Both the position numbers and the translations under genes were made by a program. The notes under the pieces are model-generated. The model was not told where the DNA came from and ran no database searches. It saw only the letters and a list, made by a program, of their open reading frames with translations. From the human T2T-CHM13v2.0 reference genome, Homo sapiens, in NCBI RefSeq assembly GCF_009914755.1, contig NC_060940.1: a stretch of 64,000 bases of DNA, one strand, 5' to 3'. Every line of letters starts with the position of its first letter. Within the stretch, counting starts at the first letter, position 1. Below, piece by piece: positions 46,271 to 59,887 of the stretch.

Positions 46271-46933
46271 ATGGGGGTTATAATCCTTGCTGCAAAGGAG
46301 AGCTCCAAGGATATTTTTAAGGGTTCTTTTTAAAGGCGGGTTAGTTTAATGAACTTTGACAAATTTTGTCAGAACTCTAAGAAAAAAAGATAAATGACCC
46401 CAAAAACTCTATTACCAGCAGAAGACTACAGGATCTTGCAAGATAAAACTTTTTTTGGCTTTATCCTTGGAATTACTGCAAATTTGATGGGAAGTGAAAG
46501 CTTTTCCATCTCACAGGACCAGAACTGTCTGTTAATTAAATTTGCTCAACTCTATGGCCATTTGGCTTTAGACAGCAGAATCTTGGGGGACAAAAAAAGA
46601 ATCAAGCCATCCTACATAGCCACATCACTGACAGAAGCACATGTCCCAAGTCCCAAGTATAAATCACTTCCCAATTAGGAAATAAGTATGGCCCCAAATG
46701 GGGCTACATGGGTGTTAAGGCGTCCCACAAATTGCTGATTAGTTTCATAGTAGCGATAGTATTTAGTGCCACTTCAGTTAATAGAAAAACGTGTTGAAAA
46801 TGGCCCATCTTCAGCTGCTCCAAAGAAAAAGCTGAGGTTAAGGAGAAACTCAGAAGACAGGGAATGACACAAGAAAAAAGAAAAGCCTTTGTCCATGTCC
46901 TTGAAGGAGGTACTGTGCTGTAAAGAGTTCAAG

Positions 46934-47160
46934 GGCTGGGCACGGTGGCTCATGCCTGTAATCCTAGCACTTTGGGAGGCTGAGGCAGGTGGATCACCTG
47001 AGGTCAGGAGTTTGAGACCAGCCTGGCCAACATGGAGAAACCCCCGTCTCTACTAAAAATGCAAAAATTAGCTGGGTGTGGTGGTGCATGCCTATAGTCC
47101 CAACTACTAGCTCTGGGTGACAGAGCTAGACTCCATTTCAAAGAAAAAAAAAAAAAAAAA
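46934..47160 (+). mobile_element. AluSx-like with a large right-arm deletion
   Basis: CCCAACTACT joins AGCTCTGGGTGACAGAGC; roughly 75-80 bp are missing. Confidence 0.93.
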
Positions 47161-48370
47161 GGTTAGGGGGTGTTTCGGGGCATGGAGTCAGACCATCTGG
47201 GTTTGAGGCCTCCTTTCTCTGCCGCATATCAATTCAGTGATCTGGGCTGGGTCACTTTTATCTCTGAGTCTCAATTTCCTTATCCGTTACATGGAAGTAA
47301 ATAAAAATTGCAATATAACCTGCCTCACAGGGCTCTTTTCTATAGCAACATAGAACAGCACACAAATGTTAGTTGCCATTGTGTTCTTATGATCCTCATA
47401 CCTTATAGATTACTTATTTTGGGATCAAAGAAGTGTTTTCTTGTGCATGATGACATTTGCTTCATGATATAATTGATCTGCTGGCCCTGTGGTAGACACA
47501 CAGGTTGTAGTTTGAAGTGTGTTGAATCAGGAAAGACTCTTGAATCTGAGCTTTTGTTTGGTTGGAAGGATTTAATGTTATGATGTTTGTGAACCTGGCT
47601 CAGACTGGTACATAGTAAGTATTCAAGAAATGTTGATTTTCTTTACCCATCTCAGCACCTGGTGCCAGATTCAATCCTGAAGGCTTGATTGCTAAGATCT
47701 GAGCAAGCTTGAATGACATATACCCTTTCTCCCAGCTTCAGTTTCCCCATCTATAACGAGAGGGGATGAGAGGGGGCAGAATTCATTACAGTCTGGGCCA
47801 GGTAGAAAAACAAGAAAGGGGGCTCCTGGATACCATGTGTCTTCTCATTATTTCATAACCCTTATAAAACCATCCATTTCTGTGAAAGTCTGAGGCTCCT
47901 AAACCTAGAAAGATTTTGAGACCTATGCTTGAGGCACCATCTACCTTACTGTCTTTAAGGACCACAAACCCTGATTCTTAGGGACTCCCACTTGATTATT
48001 ACTCACCGAGCTCTATCTTCATGATCTTCCAACAAATCAGCATTTCTGGAAGTTACAACTCTGCCCCAGAAAAACTTCCCTAGATCAAATCTTTCCATGG
48101 GTGAAAGCTATTTGCCACACAGTGCGACTGACAATCTATCCCATTCCTGCCCTTACCATGAACACAGGGGCAGCGCCCCACTAGAAACTCTCTCAAGGGT
48201 CTTCTCCACTCCATCAGGTTAGCTCAGACTTAGAGAAGGGTCTACTGCAAGGGCTTGGATCTTCCACAGCCTCGGGGAAGAGGGTCTGCCTTGTTGAGGC
48301 AGAAGGAAGGCAGCGACTTCTTCAAACTAGAGCAGCCGCCATTTCTTCCCAGAAGGCTGTGGGACTTGGC

Positions 48371-48387
48371 GGCCACTGGGGGGCTCC
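48371..48387 (+). promoter_or_regulatory. Candidate CTCF motif
   Basis: GGCCACTGGGGGGCTCC versus consensus GGCCACCAGGGGGCGC, within a locally GC-richer non-repeat patch. Confidence 0.35.
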
Positions 48388-49292
48388 TGAAGAGGAGCAT
48401 CCCTAGCCTTACCTAACTGCAAGGAGGCTGCGATCCAGCCCAGGCCCCAAGAAGAAGAGTCTCTATGCGAAGCCACCATCGTCTTAAAGGTTCAGAAGTG
48501 ACCCCTAGACTGTAATCTCCCAAAGAATGGGGCTTTGTACAGAGTAAGTACACAGTGCGTGTGTGGATTTTGAGAGAATGAGAGACTTGGTTTTCCCCCT
48601 AGTTCCACTGCCTCTCAGAAAACAGAGAGAGTTTTGGCTGCCAGAGCCAGGTATTGCGGTCTCGTATGTGACTTTCTGGACTCTGTTACTATTTCAGCGG
48701 GGTCCCCATGAACCCTTTTGTATGTGTCCTGGGTTCATATGGGTTGGTATACAAGGCATCCTTCCTAAACTGCCCTTTGGATATCCTTGGGAAGATTAAA
48801 GAGATTAGGGGAAAAACTGAGGAGACGTGAAGGATATTTTTAACCCATCATTGAGAATATACTTTTAGTTACCATGATGCAGGGCCCTAATTCTGAAGGA
48901 AAAAGTGTAACTTGCCACATGGGAAGTGCCCAGGAGCAAGGTGGGATGAGCTTGGAGGCTAGGAGCTACTTATCCTAATCAACGACATTCTATTCACCCA
49001 ACCTTCATGCATTCATACTTTCATGTATTTAGCCACATATCCAGTCATGTAGTTATCCTTTCCCTCTCTCTGTCCACTCATTCATCCAATCAATTTTTCA
49101 TCCATCAACTATTACGTATTGATCCATTCATCCATTTGTTCATGCAACATTTACTGGATACCCACCATGTATCAGACACTGCTGGTGTTTGAACAGTGAA
49201 TGAGATACATCAAGTCACTATTCTTATTCAGTGAAGAAGACGTACAATGAACAAATACACATAAATATATGATAAAATTACAGATAGTGTTA

Positions 49293-49672
<380 letters not shown>

Positions 49673-50070
49673 TCAGACAGTGCCTTCCTGAGATGACATT
49701 TAAACAGATCTTTAGGTATAATAAAGGAGGAAAGCACAGAAATACCTAGGGGTAGAGTTACAGGGAGAGGCAGTTGCAAGTACCAAGACCCCAAATTGCC
49801 TCTGTTTGAAATGAGAGAAGGTCGGTGTGGCTGGATCTTAACGAGTGTGGTGCAGAATGATAGTAGACGACATGGAAGATGAGGCAGACCAATTGGCACC
49901 CTGAGGTCATAGGGAAGAATTTGGATTTTATTCTGATTGTGATGGAAAGATACTAAAGGCCTGAGAGTAGATGAATAATATCATCTAATTGATGTTTTAA
50001 AAGACTGCCCTGTCTTCTGTCTGGAGAATGGATAAGAAGGAAGCCAGGGGAGAGGCAGGCAGATGGGTTA

Positions 50071-50683
<613 letters not shown>

Positions 50684-51485
50684 TTAGGTCTTGGGTGTCT
50701 TTAAGATCTCTCAGTGGAAATATGGATGGGAGTATAGAGCTTATGGAGAAAGTTGAATCCGAATATAAAAATGTGGGGGTAATCAGTGGCATTTAAAGTC
50801 ACAGGACTGAGTAAAATAAGCTAGGTAGAAGAGTACCATAAGCTAAGAACTGATTCCAAAGCACTCCATCTATCCACCACCCACCAGCCATCCACTCTCT
50901 CATCTAGCTATCCTTCTACTTATCCAAAAAATGCTTAGTATCACATGATGTGCTGGGTGCTAGGATTTAAAGGTGAACAATTTTATGGCCCCTGTTTTGG
51001 AAAAGCTCGCATTCTAAGGAAAAGTAGCACACCTAAAAATGCAGTAAAGCTCGATGCATTATATAACAGAGGTGTGTACATGGGGCTATGGATCGTGGAG
51101 AAGTCAACTGTCAATCATGCTTCTGGAGGAAGCCTGGAAAGACTAAGAAGAGGTTTATCTTTAAAATAGACCATAAAAAAGAATTAAGCATTGATAAGGA
51201 GACCAGCATTCCAGGAAGAAAGAACAGCATCAGCAAAAGCATGGAGTATGAGAGCTCATGGTGTCCTTGGGGAAGGGCAAAAATATCTTTGATTCGGATA
51301 CAGCATAAGATACGTGGTAGAAAGGGTATGGCAGGGGTTGGAATGGCTTTGTGCACTATGGCAAGGAATTGGGCTTTCCCTGTGGGTCATGGGGGACCAA
51401 GCTGAAGGTTTTAAGTCAAGGAGAGGTGGAACTAACATGGTCAGATTTGGGTTGTAGAAATGTCACTTGATCTGAAGACAGGGGT

Positions 51486-52440
51486 TGTCAAACCAAACTC
51501 AAATCTGGGTTTAGTAAAGAGAGACTTTATTCAAAAGGATTATTGCAGAGGGAGGGAGAAAGGGATTCTTCCAATAGAGGGAGAGGGCCTATTGCAATCG
51601 GGAGAATGCTCTGACAATAGATTTGCAAGCATCTCAGGGTTAGACAAAAGGGTTTTTCTTCTACAGGGAGGAGTAAACAAAGCTAGAAAGAACAGGTTAT
51701 AGGAAAGTGAGATGAACAGGAGAGGCACAATTGGTCAGAAGGTGGATAGATGGGGAATTTAAGACTCGCTATTCCCAGAAGGAGCTGTTAGGGAGAGGTT
51801 TTAGGCTGGCTCGGGCTGAGGTTTGGCCAGAGTTCAAGGACCTGGAGAAGGAGGGAACCTTACTCAACGTTTGGTTAACAAGCATTTTCTTCCAACTGAT
51901 CAGTGGGGTTCAAAATTTCAGTTAATCACTTATGAGGCAAAGAATAGGCATTTGGAGGGCCTGTGTCTGGCCTTGGTATGGGTAAAGAAGGGGGGAGCAT
52001 CTGTGAATCTTACCTAAGTCATATAGGTAAGATTCCTGTTCTTGCCACTCCTGTACATCTCGCTTTCCTATACCTTGTTCTTTCTAGCTTTATTTACTTC
52101 TCCCTGTAAAAGAAAAACCCTTTTGCCTAACCCTGAGATGCTTGCAGACCTATTGTCAGAGATTTCTCCCTATTGCAATAGTTCCCCTCCCCCTATTGCA
52201 AGAATCCCCTTTTCCCTCTTGCCATAAGGGTGCTTCTTGGTAAAGGTCAACATTATCAGGGTCAAGGCTACAAGTACAGGAACTGCACGGGAAGACGAGA
52301 TCTAGGTATGGGACAGTGGCTAAGCTTTTGGCTGAAATCCTGAAGCCAAGCCAAGAATTGTCCTGAATTCTGTGCCTCCCTCTACCCTCTCCCCTTGCAC
52401 AAAGTGGGGAACTCAAGTTATTTCCCCTTTGTACAAACAT
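51486..52440. mobile_element. ERV1 LTR (MER31/MER67-like) containing an internal inverted repeat
   Basis: Starts TGTCAAACCAAAC...GAGAGACTTTATTCAAAAGGATTATTGCA (poly(A) signal on minus). Family and right boundary are tentative. Confidence 0.55.
51551..52220. repeat. Inverted repeat, arms ~51551-51728 and ~52042-52220
   Basis: The arms are reverse complements at roughly 85-90% identity; this is also visible as near-identical ORFs 51540..51728(-) and 52042..52227(+). Confidence 0.93.
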
Positions 52441-52465
52441 TAAGTCTGCCTGAAACATTAGCAAT

Positions 52466-52865
52466 TGATATGGTTGGGGTATTTGTCCCCTTCAAATCTC
52501 ATGCTGAAATGTGATCACCAGAAGTTGGAGCCTAGTGGGATATGTTTGGGTCATGGAGGCGGATCCCTCATGAATGGCTTGGTGTCCACCCTATGGTAAT
52601 GAGTGAGTTGTCTGTTAGTTCAGGAGAGAGCTGGTTGTTTAAAGGAGCCTCGCATTTCTTTCTTGCTCTCTCCTGTCATGTGACACACCGGCTCCTCTTC
52701 CCTTCCGTCATAACTAAAAGCTTCCTGAGGCTTCACCAGGAGCCAAGCAGATGCGGGTACCATGCTTGTACAGCCTGCAGAACAATGAGATAAATGAACC
52801 TCTTTTCTTTATAAATTATCCAGCCTCAGGTGTTCCTTTATAGCAATGCAAAACAGACTAACACA
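52466..52865 (+). mobile_element. MaLR LTR (MSTA/MSTB-like)
   Basis: TGATATGGTT...AAATCTCATG...TTATAGCAATGCAAAACAGACTAACACA. Confidence 0.88.
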
Positions 52866-52874
52866 GTGATGCTT

Positions 52875-52984
52875 ACAACAGCAGCAACAATGACAACAAC
52901 AAAGACCACAACTCAATTTCTCATTTTCATATCAATTGGCAGAAATTATCTTTATTAGAAAAATGAAATTTTCCTGTATTTACA
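52875..52984 (-). terminator. Distal cleavage/polyadenylation site of GRIN2A
   Basis: TTTATT at 52951-52956 reads AATAAA on the minus strand, with an upstream TGTA motif (52981-52984) and a downstream GU-rich tract GTTGTGGTCTTTGTTGTTGTCATTGTTG (~52885-52912). Confidence 0.8.
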
Positions 52985-55637
52985 TTTTTACACCATATGA
53001 CCGGGCACTTCTGTTGCCTCAGGAGTTATATACATATCAGTTTGCACACGAATTTCAATCCCCATTCCTTAAAACAGTTGATAACACATTGAACAAAATT
53101 AAAAGACATACTACAAGAAGACAACCATAGTATATACTTCCTCTATCATAGAAAGGTGTTAAGCAAACATATAATTTTGTAGCTATGCTTGGAAATATTT
53201 AATACACTTATTAGCACTTCCTCATGCAGTGGATTAAAACATGACAGATATAAACTGCTGCAGTTGATCAGTGAACATTAATTCCCAAATGAAGACCATT
53301 GCTTAGAGCAGACAGCTTGCTTTCAGCTCCACCATACAAGACATCAAGTCAGTTCTGATGTGGGTTTTGGATTCTGTTTGAATGTAGCTGTGAATAGAAA
53401 CCCTCTGCATATGGAGTTCAATCCTAGCCTTGTTGGGTTAAAAATGGACTCAGACATAAACCTGGATAGCTGCTTAATTCAATAACTTTCTTGCAGGCAA
53501 TGACCAGCTTGTGTATTATGCAACAAGTCATATTATTAATACGTGAGTGAAAAATGAATCATTTATCCTCTTTGAGAAGGCCATTATTTATAATTTTTAT
53601 GATCTAATTCTTATTCAAGCTACCAAGAAACTCACCTTATTCTTTCTGAACATTCAGCTTGAAATATATATACTATACATAAACATATACACATAAACAT
53701 TCTGGGGTGATATAAACTATGGTGAATTCTGCCAATTAATTCAGCAGGTTTATGCTTTTAAATTTGTTTTGGCAGGGGAATGAACAAGATTAAGATTCAT
53801 AGTTAAAAACAACTGGTAAAGAAATCTTTGGGGACCCTCAGGTTTGGAAGGCATCTGAGCCACATCTAACTATGTCACTGCTGTGTCAAGCAGTTTTCTG
53901 AATTTTCTATGAAAATGTTATTCTTGAACTTATATCTTAAGTAGGCAATTAGCATCCCTTCCCAGTGAAAAATTTGGGGAACATGAATGTTAAAAGTTCC
54001 ACTTTCATCTTTTCAAATTCATCAAAAATTTCAAACAAGATCACCTGGATTTGGCTCAAATTAGAGGCCTGAATCTTTTGTTTTTAAACTGAAACATTTA
54101 CGTAAGTGGTCATGGCCCCAGAGCTTTTCTACAAACTTAATAAACTAAAGATTTAAAAAAATTTAAAAAAGATTTTAAAAGTCAATACTGTTCATTCACT
54201 TGAATTAGCTTGACTGAGAACAGAAATAATTAAATAAGTCTTAGATGGCTAATGTAGAAACTTCGATTGAATTCAAAAGGCTATGATTGTTTTTCATGGA
54301 AAAAAAAAGACAATGTTTTCGTATTTCTGGATCTTCGCTCTTTGCTCAGTTATCAATAGTCTTTGATTTGAGCCCTTTAAAACTTGAAACAGCAAAATGT
54401 CAGATCAATGGGAAGCATTTAAAATGCCAAAGACAAACTCATGTTTGCTGGAGAACAATTAACCTCATTAATTTGAAAGGCAGCTGTGGTATTGGCTATG
54501 AGTTATGTTAATATCCTATTGAAGGTTCATCTTAAATCTTTCCTAAAGGTGTGAAAGAGAATTAACTGGAAGAGGTCATGACCCAGGGCTAATGAAGAAT
54601 GTTCTAGGATTGCAAAAATGCAAACTCATTGTTTCACTGACATAGTAAGTAAGAGAATTATGAGTGATAATCTCAGTTTTGTCTTCTTCGTTTCTGCAGA
54701 CCGCTGACACTTTATCTGAGGAAGTTAATCTGAGGAATGACTTCATTTTAAGCAATTTAGTTCTGGTTCCCTGGAGAGTTGCATGCTTTGAAATACAACC
54801 CCCAGAGAAGAAATGCTATTGGTCAAATCGTTCTTTGGAGTGCTCCATTTCTGCATAGCTCAACATTCCAAGGAGAACATGGTCACGCACTTGTAGACCC
54901 AACAACAGGATCTCCAAATAACAAATAATAATCTTTCTGTCTTAAAAGGCTTTTTACTGCCAGCTTGAAAGATGAAAACAGCTGAGAAATTTTTCTCATA
55001 GACTAGCACTTAACTTGCATTAAGTTAGCTAACTCTCCAGAGAATTCATGGAGACTCCCAGAAAGACATTCCTTCAAATCCCCGCTAGTGTCCTCATCCA
55101 TCAAATGGGCCTAATGCACCCCTCACCTCTCAGTAAATATAAATGCCAGGAAAGAAATGTGGCTTAGACCATGGAGAGGGGGGAATGCAGGAAAGGCAGT
55201 GTGTGCTCAGGGGCATGCCTGCAGGATATGTTAAACATTAGGCCATTCTGGGTACCTATAAAGCCCGGTGGAAGCGTTCCAGTTCAACACTCTTCAGTGG
55301 GACAGAATAACCGTCATTATCCTAATGCTAAGTGAGCCGGGAATTATCTCTAAGACAATTTGGAAAAGAAAAAAAAAAAGGAACAGACCAAGAAGGAAAA
55401 CAACAACAACATTTTAATAGCTGGTCCTCAATCATTCTGACTACCAAAGCTCTCCATCATTCATGCAGAAACTCTATTTCCTATTCCCTGTCCCACCTCT
55501 GAAACTCATTCCATCTGCCTGGCAAAGATAACCAAACATAGACATGAAATAGGAGGAATAGTCAACTTGCAAATAATATCACCTCTTTGAACATGGGTCA
55601 CAATATTTAGGAGGACTTTAATGGAGGGTCACATGGC

Positions 55638-55653
55638 TGTGTGTGTGTGTGTG
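55638..55653. repeat. Short (TG)n in the 3' UTR
   Basis: Seen directly in the sequence. Confidence 0.8.
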
Positions 55654-56084
55654 CATACCCACACACATGAGAGCATGTACTATGTATATATGTTTAATGG
55701 AATTAGCCCTGATGTTGACTGATAAAAAGATGAGACATTAGGAAAGAGATATTTAAGATTAGGCACATGCTAAGTAGAGAAAATAACTCCCCAGAAATTT
55801 TTTTAAATGCTAAGTGCAAGCATATGAAAGGGAGACACAAACAGTGTTCAAGTCTCAGAAGGAACTATGAACAGAGGTGAGATCCCCAGAAGTTCTCCAT
55901 ACACACAGATCAGGCAATGAGGGGTAAGACCCTAACAGACTTCCCTGTCACAGAGGCTGATACTCAAGGGTATATGCCCAGGAACCTCAAAAGAGCACAC
56001 CTCTCTTTCTGACTTCTATTCTGACCTCCCTGGAGGAGACCAGGCACTTTGAAAATATGTCTAACGTTAGGGATTTACTAGCTA

Positions 56085-56220
56085 ATTCTAGTTGCTGACG
56101 AGGTTGAGAAAAACCTGAGCCTCAGTTTCCTTATCTGTAAAATGGGAGCAATCATATTTATATCTTAAGGTTGTTTTGAGGATCACATTCTAGGATATGC
56201 CTAGAATATCGCCTACACTC
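56085..56220 (+). mobile_element. MIR within the 3' UTR
   Basis: CTGAGCCTCAGTTTCCTTATCTGTAAAATGGG core; weaker MIR remnants at ~57500-57620 and ~59330-59440. Confidence 0.8.
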
Positions 56221-58085
56221 AATTTAGATATATTTTGATATTTTCAAATTCAGGTGCAGATCCATGGCAAGTACTTGCGATAAGCAGAAAATGTAACATT
56301 CCAAGAATGCACAGAATGGGATAGACAGAGTGACAAAAGCTCCCTCTCCACCTCGCCATCCTTCCTGAAATACACCTCTATTCCTTTTGCCATCTCTTTG
56401 CCCCGTTTTCTCTCTAGGGAACCTGATGCTTTCTGTCAGCCACAGCAGTAGGCACTTGGAACTTGATAAAGAATTTTCCCTCTATGCTTCCCTGATACAT
56501 TCATACCCTGGTGTATCAGAAGGGTTCTTCAAATGTCAAAAACAAAACCAAACAAAAAAGCTTTAGGGAAATGCTTCGTCTTTTTACATCATGGTCTATT
56601 TTCTAATCCTTTGGGGAATTTTTTCAACCTTTTCTTGAGGCACATGTCATAATGCAAGGCTGGGAGGAGGCATGATTTGGCAAGGACTGGAGAACTGGTT
56701 GGAACCAGACAAAAGCCTTCCTGTGCAAAAATGTAGGAGTGTGAGTGTGTTCACCTGGTTAGCAGCTCCTGGGTCTCCTAAGTCCATTATTTGAAGATTA
56801 AAATAAATCAACTGCATTTCCGGGACCACTAACTCTATTCTCCGGAGTTACTTAAAGGTTTAGGGAAGGACTTTTTTTTTTTTTTTAAAAAAGGTATGCT
56901 CATAGAATCAGATTATTTTTTTTTTCCTGGCTACAACTTTAGTTGTCATTTCTAATTTTTGCTGTTTAGTCTCTGTTTGCATTGCATGGGTCCTTGGTTA
57001 TCCTTTGTATTAGAGAACTGAACTTCTAAACCATAAGCTACTTATGGGAAGAGACTATATTTTCTATTTATTTTGCATCCCCTCCCCCACAATCCCAAAC
57101 TGGCTTTCAAAATAAAGTGGACATTCAGTGAAGTCCTATTAGCTGGTCAATGTGCTTGGTTCTTCCTCAATGCATGATACATAGACCTCAATTATTTCAA
57201 TGGTCACTGCCAGCCTTTTATCTTCAGTTTGAGGTTTTAAACAATATCCCTGTTGATTTTTCCTAAGGAGACGGTCTCTGAGAAAAGTTTTCTCTTCTAG
57301 GAACTTTAAGACAGGGATTGTGAGGGAGTTTAAAGGAAAACCAAATTCAAAGAAGCATGGGTAGGTCTTTCTGGGGCAAGTGGCAAAAACAAAAAACAAA
57401 ACAAAACAAAAACCAGGGCAGCCTTATGGGGATCTCTGGCTCTTATTCCAGAGCTACTCAGGAGTTTCCCCTTGAAAGAAACCTAGAAATAAGTCAGCCC
57501 GGTCAGAGAATCGAGCCAGAAATTGAACCATGTCTTGGATCTAATCCTCGCTCTGATACTCTCTAACTTGATGATCTTAAACAGGCAACTGCCCATTTGT
57601 AAACTTCATTTTTCTCATCTCTCCTCCCCTTCTCCTAACTTTTGGTGTGGTTCTACGAACTCTATTTTTCTAAGACCCTTCTGGGCAGGCACTTCTAGCT
57701 AATACTATACTGAAAGTACTGCTGGGCACAGAAAGAGTGCAGGTGAGGAAAGAGGATAAGGAATTTAAATAGGAAATCTATGCCCTTTGATGTGTTTAAG
57801 GAAATCACACACAAGTCCATATCGGCATTGTCTTCAGAAGCAAATGCGAGCAGAATATATTCTATACCCCTCATCCCAGAGTTTTGTTTTTTAAAGAAGG
57901 GGCCAAGAACGCCAACACCCATATTCTACTTAGGCTCTGTCATCCTCCCTACAACTGAGATTAAAAAAATATAGTGCCCTCTCTACAGAAATATCCTCCC
58001 ATAAAAATAACCAGAATGGGTTTTCCATGTGTTAATACCATCATCACCATTTAATTTTTAACATAAACTTTACAATATGTACAAT

Positions 58086-58091
58086 TTTATT
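58086..58091 (-). terminator. Candidate intermediate poly(A) signal
   Basis: AATAAA on the minus strand in an AU-rich block with several nearby TGTA motifs, including TGTATATA at 58138-58145. Confidence 0.45.
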
Positions 58092-59887
58092 TGGATAATA
58101 CACTTACGTGTGAATTGTAGAAATCAAGCATGTATATTATATACATGTGTACACAAGCAGTTGTATTCACAGGATAAGTGCATTTGATCATCTCTGATCT
58201 ATATCAAGTGGCAAGCTGACCTCATCTGATACAATTAGATATGAACACAGTACAATGTATAGGGATTGAATGGGAAACAGTAACTGCATATTGGGAGAAC
58301 TTTTCAAGTATAGACCCCACAGCACTTTCAACCCTGTTCACCAAAAAGAGATGGGGTATCTGGAAAGGTCTAATTTTGTCTCCAGTGAAAATAAACAGTA
58401 CTTTTGGAAGGAAAATTGCCTTTACATAGAACCCTTCACTCATTAAATATCAAGCAACACATTTAGCTTCCACCTACTCAAACTTCTTTTTCTTTGAGTC
58501 CAATCATGTCTACTATAGCCATGGTTAATACAAACAGGCTCCATTTCAGAAACAACGCATGTCCCCTTTTCAAGGATTCATGCACAACAGCTATGCACAA
58601 AGAAACAGTACAGGAATGTGCATAATGTTAACGAATATATCCAGCTCCTCTGTAAGGTATTTAGAGTTCTCAAATTAGTGTTTATTTAGGTCTTAAACCG
58701 CAAGGGATTTCAGTACAAGGTACTTATTTATATGACAACTGATTATTAAAGCTGCACTTTTTAGATTTAAAGGAGATAAATTTTTAATCACCATTTAATT
58801 AACATCAACATTTTTTTTCTTTTTCATTAGCAATTCTATTTGCAAATAATTCAGGGCATTTGTCATTTCCTGTGAAGGATGCAGAATATTAAATACACAT
58901 CAGTGGTCGACATAGCAAATAGAATAAACAATGTGTGACTATATGACAGCTGTGGATCTTTTGACTAATTAACTGCCTTGGCTAGAGTCCCATTTAAGTG
59001 AAACTATTTCATTTGTAAACAAGGTGTAATTTTCTATTTTTCTCCCCAGAAAATAAGCGTGAAATGATTTGACAGATTTTGCTGCAATGTGTGAATTTTA
59101 ATGCTTTCACCAGAAAAACTAAATACTCAGACTCTCTGGCATCCTGTGAATCAGGGAAGAGAAAATCAAGAGTAATCCGTGGATGCCCAGTCATGGTGCT
59201 GGCTAAAATAACGCAGAGAGATTTGCAGAGGACATAACAGTAATGAGTGGTGAGATTGTGAGATTATAATCCTGCAAGTCTCTCTGGCAGAAAGATAGAC
59301 CTATAGGGACTTGCCAGCTCAGAGCATTGAAACCATAAGTGGCCTAAGAACCTGCAGATGTAAGGATGATGAAACCCATTTTCCAGAAGCACAAAGGTTT
59401 CTCAAGTACAGTTTATGCTCTAGAAGACTCTCTTACCCAGAGTATTTTAAATTGGTTGCATGTGCGTGCTATTACCCATGGACAGAGACCCAACCGTTTG
59501 CATTCAAGTGTACCTATCTGAGGACTAGTTGGGTCCTTCTCAAGTGGGGAAAACCAATTAGAATTAACAAAATATCATTATGGATGCCAGCTCTGACTTA
59601 AGCCAGCTGAAACTCAGGCATTTGTGTTCAGAAATTTGGGCTCCTTGACATCAACAAATCTAAGAACTCAGAGCTGGGATATGTTACGGGAATCTTCTGT
59701 GATAGATCTATAGTCTCAGGCTTCCAGGCTTCCTATTTAATTCTTGTTACTTCTCATACTGTGGGTTCCATTTACCACTGGACGTTACATTCCTGATATT
59801 CTTTTTGCAAAGACTGAACTGACTTAGATGACCTTTGAATAACTCTACATCTTTTCCTTAGAAATTGACCATCTGATCAGTAGTTGA

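Noticed and set aside
51540-52227. Pair of similar 61-62 aa ORFs as duplicated microprotein genes
   Set aside because: The similarity simply reflects the inverted LTR-derived repeat, and both begin at non-ATG codons.
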